Shown here: positions 29,698-39,517 of the stretch, piece by piece
How positions within the stretch are numbered: the stretch's first letter is position 1
How the letters are laid out: each line of letters starts with the position of its first letter
Assembly (NCBI GenBank): GCA_963789265.1
Contig: CAWBKB010000007.1
Span: forward strand, 1-64,000
Origin: an uncultured delta proteobacterium
Lineage (GTDB): Bacteria > Desulfobacterota > Desulfomonilia > Desulfomonilales > Desulfomonilaceae
DNA: 64,000 bases
Reading direction: 5' to 3'
Position numbers and translations under genes: made by a program
The notes under the pieces: model-generated
Told to the model about the DNA's origin: nothing
The model's database searches: none
What the model saw: only the letters and a program-made list of their open reading frames with translations

Positions 29698-30216
29698 TCA
29701 TCGCACCGTCCAGCCATAATGTTGAGAAACGTCGGCGCAATTGTGTAGATTACAGTGAGCACTCAAGTATCTTAGCCTTTGCTTAATGGCAGTAAGTAAG
29801 TAAGGTCTGATTGCTTTGAAACTCTTATGTCCTGTCGGAGGTCGGTCTTCTTCCAACAACAGGATGACTTTGATTGGGCGGCTATTTCGCACAAATAGAT
29901 AATCGCAGAATTTGGAAAGTTCCTGATTTCCCAATCTGTGAGCACCATATAGAACTGCCACAGTGTCTCTGATCTTTTTCCCTATTTCCAGAGCCAGTTC
30001 ATTTTGTGCCATTCGCTTTCTGTTTGCTATTCGATAGCCCCTGAAATCTTTTGCTTCGATTACGAACAACACCTCTCCGAGAGCCAATACATCTACGGCT
30101 TTGATGTCTTCGGGCTCAGCAAACTGTTTTCTATAAAAATTGCATTCGTCATACTTTTTGACATACCATCCATCAGGGAATTCAAACGTAAAGTTTTCCA
30201 CCTGTTTGCTGATCAT
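29698..30216 (-). CDS. Putative PD-(D/E)XK (REase-fold) nuclease
   Basis: KAVDVLAL...FVIEAKDF fits D-x(n)-ExK; coupled to the ATPase by an ATGA overlap. Confidence 0.6.
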   Translation of the reverse strand: MISKQVENFTFEFPDGWYVKKYDECNFYRKQFAEPEDIKAVDVLALGEVLFVIEAKDFRGYRIANRKRMAQNELALEIGKKIRDTVAVLYGAHRLGNQELSKFCDYLFVRNSRPIKVILLLEEDRPPTGHKSFKAIRPYLLTAIKQRLRYLSAHCNLHNCADVSQHYGWTVR

Positions 30217-31301
30217 TGCAGTCCTTCAAAGAAAACTGATTGCTCCCTGTCATCTTGTTTCAGAGTTTCATCCAATGACACAATTGTCTTGAGGTCTTCA
30301 AGAAGCTCACCCTCTTCCATTGCTACTCCATTTTCCTCCAAATGTAGGCCAAAGAATCGGGCAGGAATTTCCGTCCTGGTACGTTTGGATTCCTCCACTA
30401 TTAATGACAATTCTTTCATGACAAACAGACTGTGAGTTGCCAATATGACCTGAACTCCTCTATTCACTAATTCTGCCAAAGTTCGAGCGATTTTTCTTAC
30501 AATTTTCGGGTTAAGGTTGGCCTCGGGTTCATCCCAAAAAAGTATGCCTTTGTCGGTAAGGGACCCATTGGCAGCAAGATACGCCAACATAGCCACTTTT
30601 CGCAATCCTTCGGCAACCAAAGAAATCTCCATAATTCCTTGGCCGGGGAGATGCAAATAAAATCGCCCAGATTCCACCCTTACAGACCCTCCCATGATTT
30701 TTTCCAAGGGCTTGACGATTGCAGCTATTTCTCCAGCTCGTTTGCCCTTGAGCAAAGCGCGGTTTAAGAGCATGCAGAGATCATAGTAAGTTTCATCTAT
30801 AGCTAATTCACGCTCTTCATAAAGACTGATAAATCCGGGGTAAAGTGAAAGTACCTCCCGTGGGGGAAAAAATATAGGTATATCGGGTCGCCCCTTCCCC
30901 TTGTCTGGAAAATGTTCAAGAATTACATCCATCTGAGTATTTGAAGCAAAAGAAAAGCTCAACTCCCTGTCGTATCCAAAGTCTGCGTTAATTTCACTTC
31001 TTGCACGCCCCACTCCCCTACGGCACAAACGCCCCAAGGTATCAGGGTTAAACACTCCCACTAGTTTCTGTGCAATACGACGTTGAAACCACTTTTTACT
31101 AACTACAATCGTGTACTTACCCGATTCCTTATCGTATTCTCTCGACTTATGTAAAACGTGTGCCAGTGCATAGCCCAGCTTCAAAAGGTGACTTTTGCCG
31201 GTGGCATTCTCCCCGATAATCACATTTAATCCATCAGAAAACTTGATGTCTAAATCTGAGAAAGCCGTGAAGTTTTTAAGTCGTAACGCATCTAGAGACA
31301 C
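30213..31301 (-). CDS. ABC/SMC-like ATPase (AAA_15/AAA_21 type)
   Basis: LKNFTAF, GENATGKS, VAEGLRK, FWDEPEANLNP and ATHS motifs; GTG start at 31301 with a GGAG RBS. Confidence 0.9.
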   Translation of the reverse strand: MSLDALRLKNFTAFSDLDIKFSDGLNVIIGENATGKSHLLKLGYALAHVLHKSREYDKESGKYTIVVSKKWFQRRIAQKLVGVFNPDTLGRLCRRGVGRARSEINADFGYDRELSFSFASNTQMDVILEHFPDKGKGRPDIPIFFPPREVLSLYPGFISLYEERELAIDETYYDLCMLLNRALLKGKRAGEIAAIVKPLEKIMGGSVRVESGRFYLHLPGQGIMEISLVAEGLRKVAMLAYLAANGSLTDKGILFWDEPEANLNPKIVRKIARTLAELVNRGVQVILATHSLFVMKELSLIVEESKRTRTEIPARFFGLHLEENGVAMEEGELLEDLKTIVSLDETLKQDDREQSVFFEGLQ

Positions 31302-31441
31302 TTTGGTTCTCCAAAGCGGGATATCATTCATTGGATCAGTAGTCCATTGAATCTTCGATTGATTAGAGCACATGAAAGATGCCACGACAAGATTTTTCTC
31401 CGTAATTGAAGGCGAATACACCGGACATGAAACGGTCTTCC

Positions 31442-31594
31442 TCATTCCTTAAGCCCCATTACCATCGCATACAGCCTCAGCGCCCTTTCCAGGTGATAAG
31501 TGTTACTCCCCTTGAATTTATGAAATTCGTTCAGCAGATCGACTGGCAGGCGACCTGCGAATACTTTTATTTTGACCGTGGAATATTTTTTCAT
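31442..31594 (-). CDS. Small hypothetical protein, possibly a ribbon-helix-helix regulator
   Basis: KVFAGRLPVDLLNEF...HLERALRLY strand-helix-helix pattern; purine-rich RBS. Confidence 0.4.
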   Translation of the reverse strand: MKKYSTVKIKVFAGRLPVDLLNEFHKFKGSNTYHLERALRLYAMVMGLKE

Positions 31595-31913
31595 TCTTCC
31601 CCCGGTCCATTCTTTGTGATGCATTTCAATTGAGTCCAGTATTTTTCTGATTCCTAGCAAAATCTGCTTTTCAGACAGATCCGGTGCTTGACCGCTGTTA
31701 TCAGTGTGTGGAATTCCGGGGACACCATACTTAATTATTTTGTTCCGGAGAGTGCCTCCAATTTCGTCTTTCGAACCCCCTACCTCTCGGTCCTATCGAC
31801 AAACTCACGAGCCAGACCGTCTGATACCCGATTCCTCCAGAAGAATGATCACGAGTTCGTACGCGTCACTCTGCACAAAGTCTCTTTCTTCAGGCTCCTC
31901 GGACTCCATAAGG

Positions 31914-32048
31914 CCGCCACGACAAATTCTGGGGACACCATACTAATTTCTTCCAGGCTTCCGCTCTACGAAGCGGCTGTCCATAAGTAACAAAAGCCAC
32001 GAGAAATGCTCGTGGCTCGCGTTTTCTGGTGCGCCCGAACAGATTCGA
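31914..32048. repeat. 135-bp direct repeat, copy 2, including a 22-bp tRNA-Arg 3' fragment (32027-32048)
   Basis: Same sequence as 27963-28097. Confidence 0.9.
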
Positions 32049-32192
32049 GCCTTCGACATTGCGGAAAGCACTGATCTCTGGCCGCGGCATTTCAGTGTGC
32101 CTGCTCTTCGTGTCGATTGAAATTCTTTGAACCGATTCGGAAAAAGTGTGAAGGTTACGCAAGACGGCATCCTGTGTGCCGCGATCAATCAA
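32049..32192 (-). pseudogene. Truncated HepT/DUF86 (HEPN) toxin fragment
   Basis: TQDAVLRNLHTFSES...RHTEMPRPEISAFRNV, then runs into the tRNA fragment; the RX4H His is lost. Confidence 0.7.
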
Positions 32193-32245
32193 GAACGCAC
32201 GTGATTGAATTTGCCTTCAAGTTTGAAACGGTATAGAGTATTGCC

Positions 32246-32449
32246 ATGACTATTGCGGAACTCAAAGAGGCTATTGAGCAATTGAACGTCGAGGAGAGAG
32301 CCCAATTAGAAGCTCTCCTTCATCCCTGCAGCCCCGATGAATGGGATAAGCAGATGGAGGCGGATTTTTCCTCGACCGGAGACTTGGCTTGGCTGGTGAA
32401 AGAAGTAGATGAGGACATAAAAACCGGCAAACTGCAAGACATGCCTTGA
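32246..32449 (+). CDS. Putative antitoxin
   Basis: 67-aa acidic protein (IEQL...WDKQMEADF...GDL) overlapping the downstream toxin start. Confidence 0.7.
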   Translation: MTIAELKEAIEQLNVEERAQLEALLHPCSPDEWDKQMEADFSSTGDLAWLVKEVDEDIKTGKLQDMP

Positions 32450-32787
32450 AATCGAAGTGCCACCAACGATTCTGGGATTGTTTTCGCTCCTTCCCTCCTC
32501 ATATTCAAAAGCTTGTTAGGGCCAAATATGCTTTATGGGAAAAAGACCCTTTCCATCCGTCCTTTAAATTTCAAGAAATTCAACCTGGGATCTGGCGAAT
32601 ACGACTCGGCGATCACTATCGAGCCCTAGCCCGTCGAGAAGGCGATCTCATGGTCTGGTTTTGGATCGGCAATCACGAAGACTACAGTGAAGGCGGTGGC
32701 TTCGGCGGCATTTTCGCTCTGCCGGATGAAGCCCGCGGTCGCTGCTGCAAGAGGATCGGAGTCGGTATCGGCGTAGGATGCTGGTGA
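32446..32787 (+). CDS. ParE/RelE-like toxin (C-terminus apparently replaced)
   Basis: RFWDCF...DPFHPSFKF...YRALA...WFWIGNHEDY, followed by an atypical tail. Confidence 0.75.
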   Translation: MKSKCHQRFWDCFRSFPPHIQKLVRAKYALWEKDPFHPSFKFQEIQPGIWRIRLGDHYRALARREGDLMVWFWIGNHEDYSEGGGFGGIFALPDEARGRCCKRIGVGIGVGCW

Positions 32788-32881
32788 GCCCGCGTTCCGT
32801 GCGGGAGAACCGCATCAATAGAGAAAAAACCGCGAACGATGCGGTTCGTCCAGCGTGCCACGGGACTCACCAGCATCCTAC
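32772..32881. repeat. GTAG-type REP doublet (GTAGGATGC...CATCCTAC); second copy at 51051-51182
   Basis: cgtaggatgctggtga...accgcatc...gatgcggt...tcaccagcatcctac. Confidence 0.7.
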
Positions 32882-33030
32882 CGGCGCCTTTGCATCTTGT
32901 GCGGCGCCAGTACTCGGTTGTACTTACTGGGGTCTTCGCCTGAAGACGAGTTTTTTTCTCCCATTCCTCGATGGGGACAATAAATTGAGGCTGCGGAAGC
33001 ACTCGTAGGACGAGATAACCCCCTTGGCGT

Positions 33031-33288
33031 TCACTCGTCCAGATCCCTGAATTCAATCTCAAGTTCTTCTCGGTCCCAGGTGACGCCGGGGCTCCCGTAG
33101 TTCCGGCAATTGACCAGGAACGCTGCCCTGGACACCCCGGCGAGAGCGGCTGCGTGGCCGGAGGTTACCCGCCCCATTTCGAAGAGCTTCGTCGCAAGAG
33201 CTGTTCGGACTTCCGCCTCGAATAGGTCCGGGCTCATATTAAGCATAGCTTGGATGGATTCAGGATAATCTATGCACAGGGTTTTCAT
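33031..33288 (-). CDS. UPF0175-family predicted antitoxin (orphan)
   Basis: LATKLFEMGRVTSGHAAALAGVSRAAFL motif. Confidence 0.8.
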   Translation of the reverse strand: MKTLCIDYPESIQAMLNMSPDLFEAEVRTALATKLFEMGRVTSGHAAALAGVSRAAFLVNCRNYGSPGVTWDREELEIEFRDLDE

Positions 33289-33300
33289 GGTACGATTCTT

Positions 33301-33377
<77 letters not shown>

Positions 33378-33530
33378 GTTGGGCGGTACCGGCCTTCAAT
33401 AATAGCACGTTCAGGAAATGCCGCCAGCACTCTGTCCGTAAGGTCAATGATCCCTTTCACAAGATCCAGAACCGGCTGTTCATCTTGTAAAACCTTTGCT
33501 GAACATTGTCAACAATGAACCGTGGCTTAC

Positions 33531-33689
33531 ACTAATCATTCACTTACGGACGGGAAATTGTCATTGCGAGGAGCAAAGCGACGAAGCAATCTCGGTTCTA
33601 GGCGCTCTCCGGAAATGAGATTGCTTCGCTTCGCTCGCAATGACACCGGTTGGAACAGATCGCTGCCCCCGGATAACTGAAAGGATACG
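33531..33689. mobile_element. Gene-less TIR mini-element (GIY-YIG element family)
   Basis: Left actaatcattcacttacg, right taactgaaaggatacg; flanks gcttac/gcatac; interior gtcattgcgag...gcaatc / gattgc...ctcgcaatgac. Confidence 0.55.
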
Positions 33690-34116
33690 GCATACAGCGC
33701 AGCGAGGCATTTGGCGACACAAAATCTTGATCTTGCCAATAGGATTGGTTAGAGTGACCAGGTGGTCATCGGGCGAATATCGCGGCGTTCCAGGGGCTCA
33801 GAATATGTGCCGTCTGGCAATTTCGCTTCCCCGAAACGTGGACTTACAGAGGTTCTCGAAAGCTTTGACGGATTCCCGCTTAGGCAATGCCGTGAGATGA
33901 GGTCTGCCCTTGGTTGGTGGGTCAAGCTTCCAGCCTGTGGCTTACGGACGGGCAGGATGCCCGTGGCCACTGTATCCTTTTCTTTTACCGTGATTACCTT
34001 TCGAGAATCCCTATACACGGCCTTGAAGATTGCCGGAGACGATCTTGGGCGATTGACCGCATTACGCATCAATTCGATTCCAGGTCCACAGTTCCAACGA
34101 AGAAAGGAGGCCTCAA

Positions 34117-35071
34117 TTGCGCCACAGGCTCATACCGGTAGTTATGATAACGGTGATTCTTGCCGTGCCGCTGCTAGCAGCTCGGGAAGCGTTTTCCGGA
34201 AACCGGACGAAGATCCGCTTCGGGGCTTTGCCCGTGCTCCAGGCGCTCCCTTTGTATGTGGCACAGGCGAAAGGTCTTTTTGCAAAAGCATCGCTGAAAG
34301 TGGATATTATTCCTTTCAACGCTGCCGCGGAAAGAGACATCGCGCTGTCGGCACGTAGCTTGGACGGGTACTTCGGCGACCTGATCGCTTCGATGGTGCT
34401 CATAGGTAATGGCCTTGATATCCGTGTGGTTGCCACAAATTACGACAGTCGCAAAGATCGTCGAATGATTGCAGTACCTGGGAAAACCTGGATGTAAGTA
34501 TCACTCTGTAGCGGACTTGGCTGATGTCCCGGTCGCTCTCTCGTCCAATTCGGTGATCGATTTTGTGACCGAGCAGTTACTGACCGCCCGTGGCGTGCCG
34601 GAGAAGCGCGTGGTTTCATTGGAAGCAAAGAACATCGGCCTGCGCATGCAGATGCTCCTTTCAGGACAGGTTGAAGCTGCTACGCTTCCGGAGCCTCTGG
34701 CAACCGCCGCGATTGCCAAGGGCGCGGTCCTTCTCGCGGACGATTCCGGGTTGGGGCCGAGTCAGACTGTTTTGGGGTTCACCGGATCGTTCATAAAGAA
34801 GCATCCCGAGACTGTGAAAGCCTTTCTGAGAGTGCTCAATGAGGCAGCCCGAATAACCGATACGGAACCTGATTCGGTTCGCGCCGTGATGGTCGAGTAT
34901 TGCCGACTTCCCGAGTCCTTGAAACGTGATTACCCTGTGCCCCGCTTTCCGGTCCTGCATGCACCCGACATCGAATCCGTGAATACCGTGGCGGCATGGC
35001 TGAAGAAAAGAGGCGTCATCAAGACCTCGCTTAAATACGGACAGGTGGTGGATGCCGGATTCATCCCTTGA
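34117..35071 (+). pseudogene. NMT1/SsuA-like ABC substrate-binding protein, split by a 1-bp insertion near 34477
   Basis: IRFGALPVLQALPLYVA in frame 1; removing one C restores AVLGKPGCKY...AATLPEPLAT. Confidence 0.8.
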
Positions 35072-35813
35072 ACTGATCCGCTGCCGAGAAGTCACCAAAA
35101 CGTACCTCTCGGAAGAGGTCCCGATACCCGCGTTATCCGCGACAAATTTGACTCTCGCTGAAGGAGAAACCTTGGCTCTGGTGGGGCCGTCCGGTTGCGG
35201 TAAATCTACTCTGTTGCTTCTGCTGGCGGGGTTGGAACCACCCACTGCGGGTAGCGTTGAGTTCCGAGGGCAACCGCTGAGTCGATCTCACAGGGAGATC
35301 GCCCTTGTGCTTCAGGATTACGGACTGTTCCCCTGGAAAAGCGTGCGAAAGAACGTGGAACTGGGGCTTCGAATCCGTGGTGAGCCGGTAGATCGCGGAC
35401 GCGTCAACCAGTTACTCGCTGAACTGGATATAGGAGAAAAGACCGACGTTTACCCGCAGCAGCTCTCAGGAGGTCAGAAGCAACGTGTCGCTTTGGCCAG
35501 AGCCCTGGTATTGAATCCGTCTCTGCTCCTGCTCGACGAACCCTTCGCTGCCCTCGATACTTTGACCAGGGAACGCCTCCAGGACCTGGTTGCTGAAGTC
35601 TGGCAAAAGCGAAAGTTTGGTATGGTCCTAGTGACTCACAACATCCAGGAGGCAGTACGGTTGGGACAAAGGATTCTGATCATGGGACGTAGCCCGGGAA
35701 GTATTCTAGCTGCTGTCGAGAATCCCACCGCTTGCCGTCCGGATCATCGAGGGTCCGACGAATTCTTCGATCTGTGCAGGCAAGTTCGCAGCATACTGGA
35801 GCAGGCGGAATGA
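35052..35813 (+). CDS. Nitrate/sulfonate-type ABC ATP-binding protein
   Basis: GPSGCGKST, LSGGQKQR and LDEPFAALD motifs. Confidence 0.92.
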   Translation: MPDSSLELIRCREVTKTYLSEEVPIPALSATNLTLAEGETLALVGPSGCGKSTLLLLLAGLEPPTAGSVEFRGQPLSRSHREIALVLQDYGLFPWKSVRKNVELGLRIRGEPVDRGRVNQLLAELDIGEKTDVYPQQLSGGQKQRVALARALVLNPSLLLLDEPFAALDTLTRERLQDLVAEVWQKRKFGMVLVTHNIQEAVRLGQRILIMGRSPGSILAAVENPTACRPDHRGSDEFFDLCRQVRSILEQAE

Positions 35814-36553
35814 GGTCATCCCGATGGGGATATTTATGGGGAGTGGTCCTGTTGCTGGTGCTCTGGCAACTGTGCGCATGGTGGGTGGGCGAAGCTGTCC
35901 TTGCCGGCCCCGTGGCGGTGATGTCCAAGCTGGTGGTGGAAGCGCAGACAGTGAAATTCTGGCGGAACCTTGGCGCTTCCTCCTTGCGGATTTTTGCGGC
36001 CCTTTTGATTTCTTTTTCCACCGCGGTTCCTCTGGGTCTGCTTCTCGGGTCCAGTCCTCGCCTCGACCGGCTGGCCAGGCCGTTGATATACCTCACCTAC
36101 CCCGTTCCCAAGATCGTACTCCTGCCGCTGGTATTGCTGATTTTCGGCTTAGGAGACCTCGGTAAGATTGCGATGCTCTCCATCATTCTATTTTTTCAAT
36201 TGCTCATCACAACACGGGACGCCGCCCGCGGGGTAAGCCGGTCGGCCAGGTATTCACTCTACAGTTTAGGCGGTACCAAGCGGCACCTGTTCGTTCACGT
36301 GATCTGGCCTTCGAGTTTGCCCGCGGTCTTCACTGCACTACGTATAGCCACCGGCACGGTAGTTGCGGTGCTATTCTTTGTCGAGTCCATTGGAACTCGC
36401 TACGGCATGGGGTTCTACATTTTGGATGCCTGGGGCCGCGCGGACGTGCCGCAGATTTTTGTAGGGATCGTGGTGCTGGCTCTGCTCGGAGTTTCTTTGT
36501 ATGAAACGTTCGATATTTTGGAACGGATTTTTTGTAGATGGCATCAACTATAA
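35810..36553 (+). CDS. Nitrate/sulfonate-type ABC permease
   Basis: PVPKIVLLPL and SLGGT...VIWPSSLP (EAA-loop region); ATGA coupling. Confidence 0.9.
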   Translation: MRSSRWGYLWGVVLLLVLWQLCAWWVGEAVLAGPVAVMSKLVVEAQTVKFWRNLGASSLRIFAALLISFSTAVPLGLLLGSSPRLDRLARPLIYLTYPVPKIVLLPLVLLIFGLGDLGKIAMLSIILFFQLLITTRDAARGVSRSARYSLYSLGGTKRHLFVHVIWPSSLPAVFTALRIATGTVVAVLFFVESIGTRYGMGFYILDAWGRADVPQIFVGIVVLALLGVSLYETFDILERIFCRWHQL

Positions 36554-36580
36554 ACATGAAACCTTGCGGAGGAAACGGAT

Positions 36581-37141
36581 TTGAAGGCTGACCGTGAAAA
36601 GTGGGATTCGCGCTATGCCGGGGAGGCCGGATCATTTCCCGCACCTGACGAATTCCTGATCGGGCACCAGGCACTCTTGAAACCTAGCCGCGCTTTGGAC
36701 GTGGCCTGTGGCCGAGGCGGCAACGCCATTTTTCTTGCCGAGCGAGGGTATAGCGTTGATGCAGTGGACATTAGTTTTCAGGCCCTTAATCCGCTCCATG
36801 CCGAGGCTGTCCGCCGTAAGCTTGACATACACTGTGTGGTTGCGGACCTTGATCGCTACTTTATTCCTAATGATGTCTACGATCTTGTGATCGTGTTCTA
36901 CTACTTTTCAAAGCCGCTGATGAGAAGTATGAAAGGCGCTCTCAAAGAAGGGGGCTTGATCTTCTACTCGACCTTCAACGACAGGCATACAAGTGTCAGA
37001 CCGGAGTTCAATCCCGCTTACCTGGTGTCCGCCGAACGTTTGCTTTCTTATTTTGATGATTTTGATCTAGTGGTTTATGAGCCTGCCGCAGGTGAGCACC
37101 GGAATGTTTCGCGGCTAATTGCTCGAAAGCAGGGCCGCTGA
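36581..37141 (+). CDS. Class I SAM-dependent methyltransferase (TehB-like)
   Basis: ALDVACGRGGNA, VDAVDIS and YDLVIV motifs. Confidence 0.88.
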   Translation: MKADREKWDSRYAGEAGSFPAPDEFLIGHQALLKPSRALDVACGRGGNAIFLAERGYSVDAVDISFQALNPLHAEAVRRKLDIHCVVADLDRYFIPNDVYDLVIVFYYFSKPLMRSMKGALKEGGLIFYSTFNDRHTSVRPEFNPAYLVSAERLLSYFDDFDLVVYEPAAGEHRNVSRLIARKQGR

Positions 37142-37223
37142 CTTTTTGTTGACAGATCGAGGTTGCAAACGTTACCCTAATTAGGGGAAGAATTGTTTAA
37201 TTTTATGCGATAAGGAGCTGATC

Positions 37224-37361
37224 ATGGTTGTGAGATGGCACCCTATCATGGAGTTGATTGCCGGCATATTAATTCTGATTTGGCCGAGGCTGGTTTCTTA
37301 CGTTATAGGTATTTACCTCATTGTAGTAGGGATCATGGGGTTAGCGGGCGGAAGATTTTAG
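37224..37361 (+). CDS. DUF3096-like small membrane protein (45 aa)
   Basis: TAAGGAG RBS; MVVRWHPIMELIAGILILIWPRLVSYVIGIYLIVVGIMGLAGGRF; below the ORF-track cutoff. Confidence 0.8.
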   Translation: MVVRWHPIMELIAGILILIWPRLVSYVIGIYLIVVGIMGLAGGRF

Positions 37362-37479
37362 CCGCGAAGCCTTGCTGAGCCGAAATGCCCATGCGGCACA
37401 GGAGCCGGAGGAGTCGGTCACTCCAGTCGGAGGGTCTTTTTGCGCCCGGACACGTACAGGGCATCTGTTAGGCACAACT

Positions 37480-37666
37480 GATACCGGTTCGCGCTCGAAT
37501 AAGTGAGACCCGGCAAACACCGGACGGCACTGTCCTGGCTACCATGACGGTGCTCAGGTCATCGGCACCCAGAAACGATTCTTGAGATCCCAGGTACCAT
37601 CCCGCGTCTCGTGCGAGGCTTTGTCAGATCCGTGCTGTATTTATCGTTTGATAGCGAACTAATATC
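37480..37666. mobile_element. MITE-like element with ATACC-type TIRs
   Basis: gataccggttcgcgctcgaat ... gtttgatagcgaactaatatc; act on both flanks. Confidence 0.45.
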
Positions 37667-37696
37667 ACTTGCATGAAAGCGAAATGGTACGAATTG

Positions 37697-37864
37697 TTAC
37701 CCATCGAGGTATTGCTCAAGGGCAGACACGTCTATACATTCCTTGAGCTCTTCTTCAGTCGCGTCCTCGGGGTCCTTTAGGGCGTCCCTTGGGCATAGGA
37801 ACTTCTTTCCAGCGCCGTCATCGACCCACGCATAGGTCTTGGATTTGTCTTTGGATTCTGCCAT
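37697..37864 (-). CDS. Small acidic hypothetical protein (55 aa)
   Basis: AGGAG RBS; MAESKDKSKTYAWVDDGAGKKFLCPRDALKDPEDATEEELKECIDVSALEQYLDG. Confidence 0.7.
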   Translation of the reverse strand: MAESKDKSKTYAWVDDGAGKKFLCPRDALKDPEDATEEELKECIDVSALEQYLDG

Positions 37865-38072
37865 TCCGGATTCTCCTATCTACTGGTAGTACTATATCCA
37901 GCGATCCTCAAAAGGCAAGATTTGTTGGACAGGCAACAGGAGCGCCAATTGCCATGCGAGCTTTAGCGCCCGGAATAGGCATGCCGCGTGCGCACCTCTT
38001 GACCGTGCGGGCTTCTTTCACTAACATGCGATGATTGCAATACGTTTGCCCGCTTATTAAGGAATTTGGTAC

Positions 38073-39434
38073 ATGGACCAAGCCGCCGATCGCAAGGAGG
38101 ACCAGCCTGTGGCTTCTCAGCGGCCCGGGAGAAGATCCGAACCGGCAACGATTTCTGCCCCCACCACCGCTGGGCCGTATTTTGCAGGCCGGTCGCCGTA
38201 TGCTTTTCTCCTGGTACTAGCTCTCATTGGAACTTTTGCCACCGGCTTTCTCACATATCGGCACATCGTTCTCACGAGTCATTTTGGTGCCGCCGGCGAG
38301 TCGGCCCTATGCCCCGCACATGGGAACGTCAATTGTGATGCGATCCTGATGACGGACTATGCGGTCCTGTTCCGATATTTTTCGTCAGCGGCGCTGGGAT
38401 TGGCAGGATTTGTTCTTGTCCTTTGGCTCCTCGTCAATGCCCTTTTCAACGAGCGTATCAGAAAATTATCGTGGGCTTGCCTTGTAGTCTACTTTTTCGC
38501 TGCCATCGGTTTCAGTTGGTACTTCGCGTATATCATGGTGTTTGAAGTGGATTTCATTTGCACCTGGTGCATTGTGGTTCACGTTCTTAACGTGATTTCA
38601 CTCATTTTCGTGATAATCGTTTCCATGAGGAAGCGGAAAGAGTTTCTCCTGCCGGAAATCTCGACATTCGGGGAAAGGGCCTATTTCGTCGTGGGCGGCG
38701 TGTTGATATCCCTGTCGATCTTCCTGGGGTCGGGACTGGTGGAGAAGAGCCTGAGCTTCGACGACGCAAAAGCCAAATACGAGGAGATAGCCAACGATCC
38801 AGTGGTAATCTCCGCAATGCTGAATGCTTCGGAAAATTACCAGATCCCGGTGTCTGCCCGAGATCCTGTTTACGGATCTAGTGGAGCCCCTTACCCGATT
38901 ATCTTTTTCGGTGACTTCCAATGCCCCGTTTGTGCGGGGATGGAAAAGTTCGTTCGCAGACTAGTGGATATAAATCCTGGGGTGTTGAAACTGGTTTACA
39001 AAAACTATCCACTGTCCCTGGATTGCAATCCGATCCTACTCGGCAACCCGCATCCGATGGCCTGCACCGCGGCTCGTGCCGGGTACGCGGCTTTTCTTCT
39101 GGGCGGGCCAACTTCGTTTTGGCGGTATGCGAACCTTCTTTTTGAGAATCGGAGGCACTTGAACCGCGATCCATGGTCGGACTTTGCCCGACGGATCGGC
39201 CTCGAGCCTCGAAAGTTCCAGCCATTGATGGGCCCGGGAGGTCCGGCGGAGAAGAAAGTGAAGGAGGACATAGACCTCGGGATAAAGCTTAAGCTATCCG
39301 CTACACCTCAGATTTTCTTTGAAGGAAAAAAGATCCCGGAGAATTTGAAAGGGGAGTTCTTCATTGACACGCTGGAGCAGTTGGTCCGGGGCCACCATCC
39401 TGACAAAAAAGACTTCAAACTCAAAAGACGCTAA
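38073..39434 (+). CDS. VKOR family protein fused to a DsbA-like thioredoxin
   Basis: Loop cysteines CPAHGNVNC, TM CTWC motif, then GDFQCPVC and ATP cis-Pro motif. Confidence 0.9.
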   Translation: MDQAADRKEDQPVASQRPGRRSEPATISAPTTAGPYFAGRSPYAFLLVLALIGTFATGFLTYRHIVLTSHFGAAGESALCPAHGNVNCDAILMTDYAVLFRYFSSAALGLAGFVLVLWLLVNALFNERIRKLSWACLVVYFFAAIGFSWYFAYIMVFEVDFICTWCIVVHVLNVISLIFVIIVSMRKRKEFLLPEISTFGERAYFVVGGVLISLSIFLGSGLVEKSLSFDDAKAKYEEIANDPVVISAMLNASENYQIPVSARDPVYGSSGAPYPIIFFGDFQCPVCAGMEKFVRRLVDINPGVLKLVYKNYPLSLDCNPILLGNPHPMACTAARAGYAAFLLGGPTSFWRYANLLFENRRHLNRDPWSDFARRIGLEPRKFQPLMGPGGPAEKKVKEDIDLGIKLKLSATPQIFFEGKKIPENLKGEFFIDTLEQLVRGHHPDKKDFKLKRR

Positions 39435-39517
39435 CCGGGGCCTCGGCTCGTGCAGGAGCCCGGCATGCGCTTAATCAAGCGAATCCACAGTGTGGACAAT
39501 TTCAATGCGCGCCGATA

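Noticed and set aside
33690..34116. TPP/SAM/cobalamin riboswitch upstream of the NMT1-like ABC operon
   Set aside because: No recognisable conserved cores; the visible hairpins are REP copies. An Infernal scan would settle it.
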